Source: Microbacterium sp.
Lineage (GTDB): Bacteria; Actinomycetota; Actinomycetes; Actinomycetales; Microbacteriaceae
Direction: 5' to 3'
Assembly (NCBI RefSeq): GCF_047971895.1
Contig: NZ_JBKEAF010000001.1
Span: 10,495-74,494 of the forward strand
DNA length: 64,000 bases
Shown here: positions 35,969 to 47,131 of the stretch, piece by piece
How the letters are laid out: every line of letters begins with the position of its first letter
Numbering within the stretch: position 1 is the stretch's first letter
Made by a program: the position numbers and the translations under genes
Notes under the pieces: model-generated
Database searches by the model: none
Told to the model about the DNA's origin: nothing
What the model saw: the letters and a program-made list of their open reading frames with translations, nothing else

Positions 35969-36859
35969 ATGTCCCGCACCCTCCCGTTCAGCAAGGGCCA
36001 CGGCACCGGCAACGACTTCGTGATCGTTGCCGACGAGGACGGCCTGCTGCAGCTCAGCGACGACCAGGTTGAGGTGCTGTGCGACCGGCACTTCGGTATC
36101 GGCGCCGACGGGATGCTCCGGGTCGTCCGGTCGACGGCCATCGCCGCGGGCGAGGGACTGGACGCCGAGTGGTTCATGGACTATCGCAACGCGGACGGAT
36201 CGGCCGCGGAGATGTGCGGCAACGGCATCCGGGTCTTCCTGCACTACCTGCTCGAATCCGGCCGGCTCGCGCTCGCCGAGGGTGAGACCGTGCACATCGG
36301 CACGCGCAACGGTGCCCTGCCCATGCGGCGCACGCCTCGAGGCTACGAGGTCGACCTGGGGGTGTTCACGATCGAGCCGGGAGAGACGCTCGTGCGTGTG
36401 CGTGGCCTGCCGGTGCCGCGCCCGGGTCAGGGTGTCGACGTCGGGAACCCGCACGTCGTCGTGGCGCTGCCCACCGAGGAGGACCTGGCCGACCTCGATC
36501 TGACGGTCGTGCCGCACCTGCAGCCAACGCCTGCGCACGGCGCGAACGTCGAGTTCGTCGTGCCCTCCGATCCACTCGTGCGCGACGGCGTCGGGTCGAT
36601 TCGCATGCGGGTGTTCGAGCGAGGCGTCGGGGAGACCCTGAGCTGTGGCACGGGTGTCGCGGCGGCGGCGATCGCGGTGCGCGAGTGGGCGGGACCTTCG
36701 GCGCCGGAGCGCTGGGAGGTGACCGTGCCGGGCGGCACGCTGGGTGTGCGTGTGGCGCCGGTGGATGGCATCCCACATGTCTTCCTGTCGGGGCCGGCGA
36801 CGCTTGCGTTCTCGGGTGAGGTCGCCCTCGCCGAGCAACCGGCGCCCAGGTCACGCTGA
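35969..36859 (+). CDS. dapF: Diaminopimelate epimerase
   Basis: The motifs [16 protein letters not shown] and SCGTG include both catalytic Cys residues. Confidence 0.92.
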   Translation: MSRTLPFSKGHGTGNDFVIVADEDGLLQLSDDQVEVLCDRHFGIGADGMLRVVRSTAIAAGEGLDAEWFMDYRNADGSAAEMCGNGIRVFLHYLLESGRLALAEGETVHIGTRNGALPMRRTPRGYEVDLGVFTIEPGETLVRVRGLPVPRPGQGVDVGNPHVVVALPTEEDLADLDLTVVPHLQPTPAHGANVEFVVPSDPLVRDGVGSIRMRVFERGVGETLSCGTGVAAAAIAVREWAGPSAPERWEVTVPGGTLGVRVAPVDGIPHVFLSGPATLAFSGEVALAEQPAPRSR

Positions 36860-37495
36860 GGAGCCGCCGTACCGGCGCACCTTGAGCACCCGGTAGCCAC
36901 GGCCCGTGGCCGCCCGATGCACGCTGTAACCGTGCTCGAAGGTACCGGCCAGCCAGCGCTGCAGCGAGTCCGAGCCGAGGTTGCGCTGCACGACCAGCCA
37001 GGCGTCGCTGCGTTCGTCCAACCGCGGGATCCAGCGCTCCAACAGTCCGTGCAGCTCGTGCTTGCCGACGCGGATCGGCGGGTTCGAGCGAATCGTGCGG
37101 AAGACGATGTCGCCCGGCACCTCGTCTGGGAGCACCGCGTGGACGTTTTCGACGCCGATCGACGCCGCGTTGCGCCGCACCAGGTCGAGGGCCCGTTCGT
37201 TGACGTCGACGGCCCATACGGTGGCATGCGGCGACTGCAGTGCGAGGCTCAGCGCGATCGGGCCCCATCCGCATCCGAGGTCGAGGAGCTGACCGCCGGG
37301 GGGCGCCGCCGGGGCGTTCGCCAGCAGCACGCCGGTGCCCGCATCGAGGCGGTCGGGGCTGAAGACGCCGCCAGCGGTGGTCAGCTCCAGGTCGCGTCCA
37401 GCGAGGTTCAGCCGTACGGAGCGCAGCTTCTCGGGGCTGGCGGGGACGGCGGTGAAGTAGTGATCCCCGGGGACGGGGCCGACGTCGTTGGCCAT
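36851..37495 (-). CDS. Class I SAM-dependent methyltransferase (RsmC-like 16S rRNA G-N2 methyltransferase)
   Basis: The motifs [10 protein letters not shown] and SNPPIRVGK (NPPxH/R type) are present. Confidence 0.8.
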   Translation of the reverse strand: MANDVGPVPGDHYFTAVPASPEKLRSVRLNLAGRDLELTTAGGVFSPDRLDAGTGVLLANAPAAPPGGQLLDLGCGWGPIALSLALQSPHATVWAVDVNERALDLVRRNAASIGVENVHAVLPDEVPGDIVFRTIRSNPPIRVGKHELHGLLERWIPRLDERSDAWLVVQRNLGSDSLQRWLAGTFEHGYSVHRAATGRGYRVLKVRRYGGSSA

Positions 37496-37546
37496 GGCCC
37501 CAGAGCCTAGCGGAGCGGCGACCGCAGGGGAGCGTAGAGTTTACGG

Positions 37547-39109
37547 ATGCCTACGGACAGTGAGGAAGGACCGACGGAGAAGACCGATGCGTCGTGCCAC
37601 GACATCGACGCAACCGACGCGGTCGAGCGCGTACTGGGGTGGGCGCAGCATTCGGAGGCCGGCCCGCGTGTCTTCGGTGCGGCGCTGGATGGCGACTCGG
37701 CGCCCGAGCGTTCGGAGGCCGACGGCGAGCAGTGGGACCGTGAGGAGCGCGCCGCCCTGCGCCGGGTCGCCGGGCTGTCCACCGAGCTCGAGGACGTCAC
37801 CGAGGTCGAGTACCGGCAGCTGCGGCTCGAGAACGTCGTCCTGGTCGGTGTCTACCCGCAGGGACAGCAGGTGGATGCCGAGAACTCGCTGCGCGAACTG
37901 GCGGCCCTCGCCGAGACCGCCGGCGCCGTCGTGCTCGACGGCGTGCTGCAGCGGCGGCCGCACCCCGACCCGGCGACCTACCTCGGCCGCGGCAAGACCG
38001 AGGAGCTGCGCGACCTCGTGGCCGCGCTCGGCGCCGACACGGCGATCGCCGACACCGAGCTCGCGCCGAGCCAGCGGCGTGCTCTGGAAGACGTCGTGAA
38101 GGTCAAGGTCATCGACCGCACGACGGTGATCCTCGACATCTTCAGCCAGCACGCGAAGAGCCGCGAGGGCAAGGCGCAGGTGGAGCTCGCCCAGCTCGAG
38201 TACCTGCTGCCCCGACTGCGCGGCTGGGGCGAGTCGATGAGCCGTCAGGCCGGCGGTCAGGTCGGTGCCGGTGGTGCAGGCATGGGCTCGCGCGGACCCG
38301 GTGAGACCAAGATCGAGCTCGACCGCCGGCGCATCCGCACCCGGATGGCGCAGCTGCGTCGGCAGATCAGGGACTTCGCCCCGGCACGCGCCGCCAAGCG
38401 CGAGGGGCGCAAGCGCAACACGATCCCGTCGGTGGCGATCGCCGGGTACACCAACGCGGGCAAGTCGAGCCTGCTCAACCGGCTCACCAGTGCCGGGGTG
38501 CTCGTCGAGAACGCGCTGTTCGCCACGCTCGATGCCACGGTGCGCCGCACCGAGACCGAGGATGGCCGCGTGTACACGCTCACCGACACCGTGGGCTTCG
38601 TGCGCAACCTCCCGCACCAGCTGGTCGAGGCCTTCCGTTCGACACTGGAGGAGGTCGCCGAGGCCGACGTGATCCTGCACGTCGTGGACGCGGCGCACCC
38701 CGACCCGGGGTCGCAGCTGGCGACGGTGCGCGACGTCATGGGCGAGGTGGGGGCCCGCAGCATCCCCGAGATCGTCGTCTTCCACAAGGCCGACCTCATC
38801 GACGACGACACGCGGCTCGTGCTGCAGGGGCTGGAGCCGAAGGCCCTGTTCGTCTCGTCTCGCACCGGTGAGGGCGTCGACCAGCTGCGCGCCGCGATCG
38901 AGGGCGTGCTCCCGCTTCCCGAGGTCGAGGTGCACGCACTGGTGCCTTACGACCGCGGCGACCTGGTGTCGGCCGTGCACGAGCACGGCCTGATCCTCGC
39001 GCAGGAGCACTCGGCGCAGGGCACGCTGCTGCACGCCCGCGTACCGCCGGTACTGGGCGGGCGCCTGGCCCCGTACGCGCTCGACAACGGCGAGGCTACC
39101 GCGGGCTGA
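37547..39109 (+). CDS. hflX: GTPase HflX
   Basis: The translation is IDRTTVILDIFSQHAKSREGKAQVELAQLEYLLPRLRG. The G1 motif GYTNAGKSS and DTVGF are present. Confidence 0.92.
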   Translation: MPTDSEEGPTEKTDASCHDIDATDAVERVLGWAQHSEAGPRVFGAALDGDSAPERSEADGEQWDREERAALRRVAGLSTELEDVTEVEYRQLRLENVVLVGVYPQGQQVDAENSLRELAALAETAGAVVLDGVLQRRPHPDPATYLGRGKTEELRDLVAALGADTAIADTELAPSQRRALEDVVKVKVIDRTTVILDIFSQHAKSREGKAQVELAQLEYLLPRLRGWGESMSRQAGGQVGAGGAGMGSRGPGETKIELDRRRIRTRMAQLRRQIRDFAPARAAKREGRKRNTIPSVAIAGYTNAGKSSLLNRLTSAGVLVENALFATLDATVRRTETEDGRVYTLTDTVGFVRNLPHQLVEAFRSTLEEVAEADVILHVVDAAHPDPGSQLATVRDVMGEVGARSIPEIVVFHKADLIDDDTRLVLQGLEPKALFVSSRTGEGVDQLRAAIEGVLPLPEVEVHALVPYDRGDLVSAVHEHGLILAQEHSAQGTLLHARVPPVLGGRLAPYALDNGEATAG

Positions 39110-41030
39110 GTTCGAGCGGCGGCACGCCGGGGGTCTCGAATCCGAGGATCGCACCCAGGAAGCCGAGCTCCGCCTCGAGTGATCGGATGAGTGTGTCGGC
39201 ACGCCGGAAGCCGTGCGCCTCGCCCTCGAACGCCAGGTACGCGTGGACGATGCCGCGCGCCGCGAGCGCGTCACGGACTGCTTCGGACTGCGCCGGCGGT
39301 ACGACCGCGTCGTCGAGCCCCTGCTCAATCAGCATGGGGGTGGTCAACCGGTCGAGGTGCGACAGCGGCGAGCGGTCGACATACACCGGCTCGGCCTCCG
39401 GCAGCGGCCCGACGAGACCGTCGAGGTAGCGCGCTTCGAAATCGTGCGTGTCGGCGGCCAGCGCGCGCAGATCGGCGACGCCGTACCGGCTGATGCCCGC
39501 GGCGAAGCGGTACGACGCGGTCAGCGCGCACAGCACCGTCCAGCCGCCGGCCGAGCCGCCGCGGATCGCCAGACGTGCGCCGTCGGCAAGGCCCCGATCG
39601 GCCAGTTCGGAGGCGGCGGCCACCACGTCGTCGCGGTCGACGATGCCCCACTGGCCGGTGAGCCGTTCGCGGTAGGCGCGGCCGTACCCGGTCGACCCGC
39701 CGTAGTTGACGTCGAGCACGCCGATCCCGCGGCTCGTGAAGTACGCGACATCGAGCGACGCCCCGCCTGACGCATTCGCGGTCGGTCCGCCGTGGGCCAG
39801 CACGAGGTAGGGCGGCAGCTCGCCCTCCGGCGCCGTGGCGTCGGGGTTCGTGGGCGGGTAGGCGAAGGCGTGCACCGGCCCGTGCGGGCCGTCCACCGTC
39901 ACGGCGCGCGCGGTCGGCAGCCACGCGGCATCCAGCTCTTCGTCGACGTTTCCGCGCACGAGCCGGGGCTGCGGGTCGTCGGCATCCAGATCGAATACCC
40001 ACAGCCCGCCGAAGGTGGCCGACCCCGCGCCGCGCAGCAGCACGAGCGAGTCGCGGGCATCCTCGATCAGCACACGCGAGGTGAGCGGAGACGGGATTCC
40101 GCGCACGACGCCCGCGACGGGATCGATGACGACCAGCTCGTCCGCCCCACGCGTGCGCACCGCGAGGATGCGCCCGTCGGCCAACGGCACGAACCAGCGG
40201 AGGCCGAGGTTCCACAGCGGCCCGCCGGTCTCGGCCTCGGCGGGAGCGAGGGCGAGGACATCCGTACCCGCCCAGCGATACAGGTTCCACCATCCGCTCC
40301 GGTCCGACGCCACCGTCAGCTCGCCGGGGCCGGTCCACTCGGGCTGCAGGACCGACTCCTCGGAGCCGCCGGTGATGGCCGACCATTCCGGCACTGCTCC
40401 GTCGACGAGGTCGCCCACGCGCAGCTCGGTGCCGTCCCACGGCATGCGCGGGTGGTCCCATGCGATCCACGCCAGCTGGGAGCCGTCGGGTGAGACCCGC
40501 GGGTAGGCGACGAAGTCGCTGCCGCCCACCACGACTCGCACCATCGCCGCATCGTCGGCGGCCGCCCCGTCCAGCGGCACCGCAACGATGTCGCGCGGCG
40601 GCACACGCGAGGCCGTGCCGTGGACCTCGCGCACCGTCCATACCTCGTCGCCGACGATCTGCAGGTCGCCGAAGCGCATGCCGGTGTCGGCGGGAGTGAG
40701 TGGATACGGCGGCTCGCCGGGGCGGAACGCCCACACCCGCTGATCGGTCTTTTCCACGAACGCCGACAGTCCATCGTCAGTGACCGCCCACGCCGCTCCA
40801 CCGTACTCGTGCACGCGGGAACGGGCGTCCCACGGGGCGGGCAGCAGTGTCTCGGGAACGCCGTCGACCGTCCGCCGGACGGCGGTGCGTCCGCCCTCGG
40901 CGGGAAGGCGCTCGAGCCACCAGATCTCGTCGCCGACGAAGCGTCCGGCCTCGATCGGATGCGACCCGGCGGCGACCGCGGCGGCCGAGATCGGTGACGG
41001 CCAACTGCCGTAGGGGAGTGTCTGAGGCAT
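39096..41030 (-). CDS. S9-family serine peptidase (prolyl oligopeptidase/dipeptidyl aminopeptidase-like)
   Basis: An N-terminal beta-propeller-like region is followed by the catalytic GGSAGG and the C-terminal motifs D..V and EGEAHGF. Confidence 0.85.
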   Translation of the reverse strand: MPQTLPYGSWPSPISAAAVAAGSHPIEAGRFVGDEIWWLERLPAEGGRTAVRRTVDGVPETLLPAPWDARSRVHEYGGAAWAVTDDGLSAFVEKTDQRVWAFRPGEPPYPLTPADTGMRFGDLQIVGDEVWTVREVHGTASRVPPRDIVAVPLDGAAADDAAMVRVVVGGSDFVAYPRVSPDGSQLAWIAWDHPRMPWDGTELRVGDLVDGAVPEWSAITGGSEESVLQPEWTGPGELTVASDRSGWWNLYRWAGTDVLALAPAEAETGGPLWNLGLRWFVPLADGRILAVRTRGADELVVIDPVAGVVRGIPSPLTSRVLIEDARDSLVLLRGAGSATFGGLWVFDLDADDPQPRLVRGNVDEELDAAWLPTARAVTVDGPHGPVHAFAYPPTNPDATAPEGELPPYLVLAHGGPTANASGGASLDVAYFTSRGIGVLDVNYGGSTGYGRAYRERLTGQWGIVDRDDVVAAASELADRGLADGARLAIRGGSAGGWTVLCALTASYRFAAGISRYGVADLRALAADTHDFEARYLDGLVGPLPEAEPVYVDRSPLSHLDRLTTPMLIEQGLDDAVVPPAQSEAVRDALAARGIVHAYLAFEGEAHGFRRADTLIRSLEAELGFLGAILGFETPGVPPLELSPR

Positions 41031-41056
41031 GTGCCCACGCTACCGGGCGTGCGTAC

Positions 41057-41080
41057 GAGGGATGCCGCGAGGCATCCCTC
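41057..41080. other. Perfect 10-bp hairpin with tetraloop
   Basis: GAGGGATGCC-GCGA-GGCATCCCTC lies 27 nt upstream of the peptidase start and downstream of the minus-strand membrane gene. Confidence 0.5.
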
Positions 41081-41260
41081 CCGCCATATACCTCTGTGCG
41101 TACGCATACTCGAAACAGTCCGGCTCGATGAAGGCGATCCCATGTCTGCTCTCGACGCTCGCATCCCGCACTCGTTCGAGCTGTACCCGGCACGCACGAC
41201 CGCGGGAATGGCGGCGGTGACCGCGACCGCGACCGCGTGACGATGCACGCTGTGGGCTGA

Positions 41261-42664
41261 TCAGGTCGAGGCCGGGACGGATGCCTCGGGCTCTCCGGCA
41301 TCCGACTCCGCCTCGTCGTCTTCGTCGGCCTCCGGCAGGGTCCCGCCCGCTTCGTCGGGGCGGCGCTGTACGAGCTCGCACAACCACCAGACCACGAGCC
41401 CGACGATCAGGATGAGGATCACGTCGCCGACGCCCAGAGGCTGCAGGAGCAGAAGCCACAGGGCCAGCAGCACACCGAGGATCACGCGGACGAGCACGCG
41501 CTGCGCGTACATCCACGCCCCGAAGCGGCCCGTGTCGACGCCGCGCTGGGCGAGGCCGCGGCGCAGCCCGGAGTTGACGGTGCCGATGCCGTGACGCAAC
41601 GATCGTGCCCCGTGTGAACGTCCGAAGCTCCATGCGAGCACCGCGACGATCAGGCCGAACACGGTGACCACGATCGCGGTGCGCGCCATGCCGTCGACGA
41701 TCTGCGTGTACATCGCCGTCAGAGCCCCGGGGGAGACGCCCAGCTGCGGCGCGATCGCGGTCAGCACCGTTCCCGCTGTCGTGAGCGTGATCGAGACGAT
41801 GCCGGCGCTCACGAACAGTCCGATCCCGGTGCCCAGCACCGCCGTACTGCGGCGGCGGGCCAGCAGTATGCCCGCGACGAAGAAGCCCAGTGCGAGAAGC
41901 GGCAGCCACCAGCCGGCGAGCACCGCCGTGTTGTAGACGATGGTCACGGTGACCAGCGCGTCGCTCTGCACGAGCACGATCGTGCGGTCGATCTCGGGGA
42001 TCAGCGCCGCGATGGCGATGCCCTGGTCGGTCAGCTGCCCCTTGACCTCGGCGATCAGCGGGCCGAGCTCGATGCCGACCTCCCCGGATCGGCTGATCGA
42101 CACGATGTCGCCGCCACCGGTGGCCGTGGCCACCAGGGTGCGGTGGCTGGCGCGCAACGCCGTGCGCCACGCGGCAGAGAACGCCTCCGATTCGACCAGG
42201 CGCGTGGTCACCGAGCCCACGAGGTTCCGCAGCCCCTGCGCTGCGGGCATGCGCAGCAGGTCGATCGCCGCGCCGGCGCGGGGCGGCAGGCCGAGCGACT
42301 GGATGCCGTCGAACAGATCGTCGGTGACCTGCTGGAAGTCGACCTGGGCCTCGATCGCCGTCAGTGCGCTGTCGATGATCATGGCCTGCACGTCGGGATC
42401 ATCGGCCAGCGGTGCGAACGTGTCGACGAACTGCGTCTCGTCGACCAGCTGCACTCGCGCCCACGAGCCGACGATAGACACGGGGACGAGGATCGCCGCG
42501 ATCACGATGCACAGCGCCGACAGCACCGCACGCCAGCGACCGCCTTGCGCCGACACCTCCGCCGCGCCGTCGACGCGCTCACGAAGGCGGGCGTTCTCGG
42601 CCTCGAGGGCGGCGAGACGTGCTTCGACGTCGGCGGTCTGCGGGCTCACGGCGTCAAGGCTCAT
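41261..42664 (-). CDS. Hypothetical integral membrane protein with N-terminal coiled-coil
   Basis: 467 aa. The N-terminus EARLAALEAENARLRERV is followed by several TM helices. I recognise no family. Confidence 0.6.
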   Translation of the reverse strand: MSLDAVSPQTADVEARLAALEAENARLRERVDGAAEVSAQGGRWRAVLSALCIVIAAILVPVSIVGSWARVQLVDETQFVDTFAPLADDPDVQAMIIDSALTAIEAQVDFQQVTDDLFDGIQSLGLPPRAGAAIDLLRMPAAQGLRNLVGSVTTRLVESEAFSAAWRTALRASHRTLVATATGGGDIVSISRSGEVGIELGPLIAEVKGQLTDQGIAIAALIPEIDRTIVLVQSDALVTVTIVYNTAVLAGWWLPLLALGFFVAGILLARRRSTAVLGTGIGLFVSAGIVSITLTTAGTVLTAIAPQLGVSPGALTAMYTQIVDGMARTAIVVTVFGLIVAVLAWSFGRSHGARSLRHGIGTVNSGLRRGLAQRGVDTGRFGAWMYAQRVLVRVILGVLLALWLLLLQPLGVGDVILILIVGLVVWWLCELVQRRPDEAGGTLPEADEDDEAESDAGEPEASVPAST

Positions 42665-42679
42665 ACCCCTCTTATATCG

Positions 42680-43372
42680 CTAAACCGCACGCAGCACCGC
42701 AACGACCTTGCCGAGCACGACGGCGTCATCGCCGAGGATCGGTTCGAACGCGCTGTTGCGGGGGAGCAGCCACGTGTGCCCGTCCCGTTGCCGGAACGTC
42801 TTGACTGTCGCCTCGCCGTCGAGCATGGCCGCGACGATGTCGCCGTTGTCGGCGGTGGGCTGGGTGCGCACGACGACCCAGTCACCGTCGCAGATGGCGG
42901 CGTCGATCATCGACTCGCCGTTCACCTTCAGCATGAACAGCTCGCCCTTGCCGACCAGCTGGCGCGGCAGGGGGAAGATCTCCTCCACCTGCTGCTCGGC
43001 GGTGATCGGCACGCCCGCGGCAATCTGGCCGACCAGCGGGACGAGTGCGGCATCGCCGACGGCGGGACCCTCGTCGTCGGGGTTCTCCGCCGCCGAGCCG
43101 GGGAGGTCGATGAGCACCTCGAGCGCGCGCGTCTTGCCGGCGTCGCGGCGCAGGTAGCCGCTCAGCTCGAGCTGGTTCAGCTGGTGCGTGACGCTGGACA
43201 GCGACTTGAGCCCGACGGCGTCGCCGATCTCGCGCATGCTGGGCGGGTATCCATATCGGGCGATCGAGCGCTGAATGACCTCGAGGATCGCCATCTGCTT
43301 ATCGCTGAGGCTCTTGCGCCGGCGTGTCTGCGGCTTCTCGTGGCGGGCCGGATGGCTCTGCGGGTCGCTCAT
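42680..43372 (-). CDS. lexA: LexA repressor
   Basis: The translation is [48 protein letters not shown]...[19 protein letters not shown]...ATVKTF. The start is ATG 43372; the track ORF is over-extended. Confidence 0.93.
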   Translation of the reverse strand: MSDPQSHPARHEKPQTRRRKSLSDKQMAILEVIQRSIARYGYPPSMREIGDAVGLKSLSSVTHQLNQLELSGYLRRDAGKTRALEVLIDLPGSAAENPDDEGPAVGDAALVPLVGQIAAGVPITAEQQVEEIFPLPRQLVGKGELFMLKVNGESMIDAAICDGDWVVVRTQPTADNGDIVAAMLDGEATVKTFRQRDGHTWLLPRNSAFEPILGDDAVVLGKVVAVLRAV

Positions 43373-43433
43373 CTGCAGTGCTCCTGTCTGCGTTGCTCTT
43401 CGAATGTCGGAGGTCGGTGATGGGGTATCCCTG

Positions 43434-43449
43434 TCGAAACGGTATCCGA
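43434..43449. promoter_or_regulatory. Weak SOS-box candidate upstream of lexA
   Basis: TCGAAACGGTATCCGA matches TCGAAC-N4-GTTCGA at 9 of 12 positions. Confidence 0.3.
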
Positions 43450-43628
43450 TCCTCCCGACCTGCAGCGGCGGCACGCCGCACTTTGTTTGGGAAACCCGGT
43501 GCGTATCGAGAAGCACTTGACGGCATTCAAGATTAGAACATAGATTTAGTACAGAGATTCGCTCTAGGCTCTTGTGACCGAGATTCGGGAGCGAACCTCT
43601 CACCGACGGAAGGAACGCGAGGCCCGCC

Positions 43629-44012
43629 ATGAGCAGCGTCACGATCGCAGCATCCCCTCTTCTCCACCACGCAGCGCCGGTGCGCACGCGGCTGCGGGCG
43701 ACGGCTCGCGGTCGACGCGTGCTGTCGGCCCTCATGGCGGTCCCGGCCATCGTCGTCGTCACCGTCGTGCTGTGCGCGGCCGTCTTCGCCGGTGGATCGG
43801 CGCTCGCGTCCGACGATGGCGGAGCGCCGTCCGGATCCTTCGCCAGCGTCACCGTGCAGTCCGGCGACTCGCTGTGGTCGATCGCGTCCGATGTCGCTCC
43901 GACGGCCGATCCGCGCGATGTCGTGGACGGCATCGTCCGGCTCAATGCACTCGAGGGCGGAGCGATCCACCCCGGTCAGCAGCTGGCGCTGCCGCTCGAG
44001 TACGCGCCGTAG
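43629..44012 (+). CDS. LysM domain membrane protein
   Basis: A TM helix is followed by [16 protein letters not shown]........IVRLNAL....[10 protein letters not shown], which is a LysM domain. It is divergent from lexA, as in many actinobacteria. Confidence 0.75.
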   Translation: MSSVTIAASPLLHHAAPVRTRLRATARGRRVLSALMAVPAIVVVTVVLCAAVFAGGSALASDDGGAPSGSFASVTVQSGDSLWSIASDVAPTADPRDVVDGIVRLNALEGGAIHPGQQLALPLEYAP

Positions 44013-44032
44013 CGCGGCCCGATCGGCCTAGC

Positions 44033-45127
44033 ATGGGCAGAGTGACAGGTTCCCTCGATGATCTTCCCCTCCGCGACGATCTGCGCGGCCTGGCTCCGTA
44101 CGGAGCCCCGCAGGCCATGCTGCCGGTCACCCTGAACGTCAACGAGAACACCCACCCGGTGCCGCAGGAGGTGGCCGACGACATCCTCGACGCGCTGGCG
44201 CACGCGCTGCGCGATGTGAACCGCTACCCGGATCGCGAGTTCACGGCGCTGCGGGAGGGTTTCGCGGCCTACCTCGGTCACGGGCTGGCCCGCGATCAGA
44301 TCTGGGCGGGCAACGGGTCGAACGAGGTGCTGCAGCACCTGCTGCAGACGTTTGCCGGTCCCGGTCGCACAGCGTTCGGATTCGCGCCGACCTATTCGAT
44401 GTACCCGCTGCTCACGCGGGGAACGGGGGCGACGTGGCTGTCGGGCACGCGCCAGACCGACTTCACGATCACCGCCGACAACGCCGCGGCGCAGGTGGCG
44501 GCGGCTGACCCCGATGTCGTCTTCCTGTGCGCACCCAACAACCCCACGGGAACGCCCCTGCCGCTGGAGGTCGTCGCGGCCGTGTACGAGGCGGCCCGCG
44601 GCATCGTCATCGTGGACGAGGCGTACCAGGAGTTCGCTCCGCGCGACGAGCGCTCGGCGCTCGCACTCCTGCCCGATCGGCCGCGGCTGGTCGTCTCGCG
44701 CACCATGAGCAAGGCGTTCGCCTTCGCCGGTGCGCGGGTCGGCTACCTCGCTGCCGACCCCGTGCTCATCGACGCCCTGCGGCTGGTGCGCCTGCCCTAT
44801 CACCTGAGCGCGCTGACGCAGGCCGCAGCGACCGCGGCGCTGCGGCACGCGGACGTCATGCTGAGCATGGTCGACGAGATCGTCGCGCAGCGCGACCGCA
44901 TCTCGGCGACGCTGCCGGCCCTCGGGTTCGCCCCGTACGAGTCATGGTCCAACTTCGTCCTCTTCGGCGGCGTGGGAGACCCGGCGGCGGTGTGGCAGGC
45001 GCTGTACGACAGCGGTGTGCTCATCCGCGACATCGGCCTGCCGGGCCACCTGCGCGTGACGGCCGGCACCGAGGCCGAGACCACGGCGTTCCTCGAGGCC
45101 CTGGCCTCGGTAGGATCGGCCTCATGA
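44033..45127 (+). CDS. hisC: Histidinol-phosphate aminotransferase
   Basis: The motifs [17 protein letters not shown] and [17 protein letters not shown] (PLP Lys) are HisC signatures. Confidence 0.92.
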   Translation: MGRVTGSLDDLPLRDDLRGLAPYGAPQAMLPVTLNVNENTHPVPQEVADDILDALAHALRDVNRYPDREFTALREGFAAYLGHGLARDQIWAGNGSNEVLQHLLQTFAGPGRTAFGFAPTYSMYPLLTRGTGATWLSGTRQTDFTITADNAAAQVAAADPDVVFLCAPNNPTGTPLPLEVVAAVYEAARGIVIVDEAYQEFAPRDERSALALLPDRPRLVVSRTMSKAFAFAGARVGYLAADPVLIDALRLVRLPYHLSALTQAAATAALRHADVMLSMVDEIVAQRDRISATLPALGFAPYESWSNFVLFGGVGDPAAVWQALYDSGVLIRDIGLPGHLRVTAGTEAETTAFLEALASVGSAS

Positions 45128-45729
45128 CGAGCGTCCGCACCGCCACCCGTCGCCGCGCGACCAGCGAGTCCTCCGTCGAACTCGACATCGACCTCGACGG
45201 CACGGGCAAGAGCAGCATCCACACGACGGTGCCGTTCTTCGACCACATGCTCACCGCGTTTGCGAAGCACTCGCTCACCGATCTCAGCGTCCGCGCGTCG
45301 GGCGACACCGACATCGACGTGCACCACACGGTCGAAGACGTGTCGATCGTGCTGGGTCAGGCCATCAGCGACGCGCTCGGCGACAAGGCGGGGATCTCGC
45401 GCTACGGCGACGCTCTCGTGCCCCTCGACGAGGCCCTCGCGCAGGCTGTGGTCGACATCTCCGGGCGCCCGTATCTGGTCCACTCGGGGGAGCCGGCCGG
45501 GTTCGAGCACCACCTCATCGGCGGCCACTTCACCGGGTCCATGGTGCGGCACTGCTTCGAGGCCATCGCCTTCAACGCGGGACTGACCGTGCACGTCACA
45601 CTGCTGGCGGGGCGCGACCCGCACCACATCGCTGAGGCAGAGTTCAAGGCGTTCGCGCGCGCGTTCCGCCAGGCCAAGGCGATCGACCCGCTCGTGGAGG
45701 GCGTGCCCAGCACGAAGGGCGCGCTGTGA
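45124..45729 (+). CDS. hisB: Imidazoleglycerol-phosphate dehydratase
   Basis: The motifs [17 protein letters not shown] and [14 protein letters not shown] are HisB signatures. Confidence 0.93.
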   Translation: MTSVRTATRRRATSESSVELDIDLDGTGKSSIHTTVPFFDHMLTAFAKHSLTDLSVRASGDTDIDVHHTVEDVSIVLGQAISDALGDKAGISRYGDALVPLDEALAQAVVDISGRPYLVHSGEPAGFEHHLIGGHFTGSMVRHCFEAIAFNAGLTVHVTLLAGRDPHHIAEAEFKAFARAFRQAKAIDPLVEGVPSTKGAL

Positions 45730-46379
45730 CGGCGGGCACACCGCTCGTCGCCGTCCTCGACTACGGGTCCGGAAACGTGCACTCCGCCGTCAAAGCGCTG
45801 TCGGCGGCCGGTGCCGACGCACGGTTGAGCTCTGACCCCCAGCTGATCCTCGACGCCGACGGGTTGTTCGTCCCCGGGGTGGGTGCCTTCCGCGCCGTCA
45901 TGGACGCCTTGCGCGCCAGTCGCGGCGATGAGCTCATCGACCGTCGCCTGGCGGGGGATCGTCCGGTGCTCGGTGTGTGCGTCGGCATGCAGGTGCTGTT
46001 CGAGCTGGGTGTCGAGCGCGGCGTCGACGCTCCCGGGCTGGGGGAGTGGCCCGGTGTCGTCACAGAGCTCGACGCCCCGGTGCTGCCGCACATCGGCTGG
46101 AACACGGTGCGGCCGGGCGAGGGGTCTCGGCTGTTCGACGGCATCGAGCACGAGCGCTTCTATTTCGTGCACTCGTTCGCGGCGCAGCAGTGGCTGCTCG
46201 ACGCGCAGCCGCCGTTTCCGTCGCCCGTGCTGACCTGGAGCACGCACGGCTCGCCGTTCCTCGCCGCCGTGGAGAACGGGCCGCTGGCCGCGACGCAGTT
46301 CCATCCGGAGAAGTCCGGAGTCGCCGGCATCCGTCTGCTCGCCAATTGGATCGCCGGCCTGGCCACGGCTAGCATCTGA
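45726..46379 (+). CDS. hisH: Imidazole glycerol phosphate synthase, glutaminase subunit
   Basis: The motifs [16 protein letters not shown] and FHPEKS are HisH signatures. Confidence 0.93.
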   Translation: MTAGTPLVAVLDYGSGNVHSAVKALSAAGADARLSSDPQLILDADGLFVPGVGAFRAVMDALRASRGDELIDRRLAGDRPVLGVCVGMQVLFELGVERGVDAPGLGEWPGVVTELDAPVLPHIGWNTVRPGEGSRLFDGIEHERFYFVHSFAAQQWLLDAQPPFPSPVLTWSTHGSPFLAAVENGPLAATQFHPEKSGVAGIRLLANWIAGLATASI

Positions 46380-46384
46380 CCCTG

Positions 46385-47131
46385 ATGAGCGATTTCAGCG
46401 CAACCCCCGAACTGGTCCTGCTTCCCGCCGTCGATGTCGCGGGCGGCAAGGCCGTGCGACTGACCCAGGGGGAGGCCGGCAGCGAGACGCACTACGGCGA
46501 CCCCGTCGACGCCGCCCTGGAATGGGCTCGGCAGGGAGCCGAGTGGATACACCTCGTCGACCTCGACGCCGCATTCGGCCGCGGCGCGAACACGGCCGTC
46601 CTGCGCAAGGTGGTCAAGCACGTGCGCGGCGTCAAGGTCGAGCTGTCGGGCGGGATCCGCGATGATCAGACGCTGGATGCGGCGCTGGAGAGCGGCGCGG
46701 CGCGCATCAACCTCGGCACGGCCGCACTGGAGAACCCCGAGTGGGCGGCGGCGGTGATCGGCCGCTACGGCGACGCGATCGCGGTCGGCCTCGACGTGCG
46801 CGGCACGACGCTCGCCGCACGCGGATGGACGCGCGACGGCGGCGACCTGTGGACGGTGCTCGAACGGCTCGAGGCCGCCGGCTGCACGCGCTACGTCGTC
46901 ACCGACGTGACCAAGGACGGCACCCTGCGCGGCCCGAACCTCGACCTGCTGCGCGAGGTCACGGCGCGCACGGCGAGGCCCGTCGTCGCCTCGGGCGGCA
47001 TCGCGACCCTCGACGACATCGCGGCGCTGCGCGCGCTGGTGCCGCTGGGCGTGGAGGGAGCCATCGTCGGCAAGGCTCTCTACTCGGGTGTCTTCACACT
47101 GACCGAGGCGCTCGATGTCGCCGGCGGCTGA
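46385..47131 (+). CDS. priA: Bifunctional HisA/TrpF isomerase (PriA-type)
   Basis: The motifs LLPAVDV..GKAVRL, LSGGIRD and VVASGGI are present. Actinobacterial hisA is the dual-substrate PriA (established knowledge). Confidence 0.88.
   Translation: MSDFSATPELVLLPAVDVAGGKAVRLTQGEAGSETHYGDPVDAALEWARQGAEWIHLVDLDAAFGRGANTAVLRKVVKHVRGVKVELSGGIRDDQTLDAALESGAARINLGTAALENPEWAAAVIGRYGDAIAVGLDVRGTTLAARGWTRDGGDLWTVLERLEAAGCTRYVVTDVTKDGTLRGPNLDLLREVTARTARPVVASGGIATLDDIAALRALVPLGVEGAIVGKALYSGVFTLTEALDVAGG

Noticed and set aside
43534-43549. TAGAACATAGATTTAG in the lexA-LysM intergenic region as a second SOS box.
   Set aside because: The right half-site does not match GTTCGA (about 2 of 6). The region is probably just the AT-rich promoter of the LysM gene (TTGACG at 43517).
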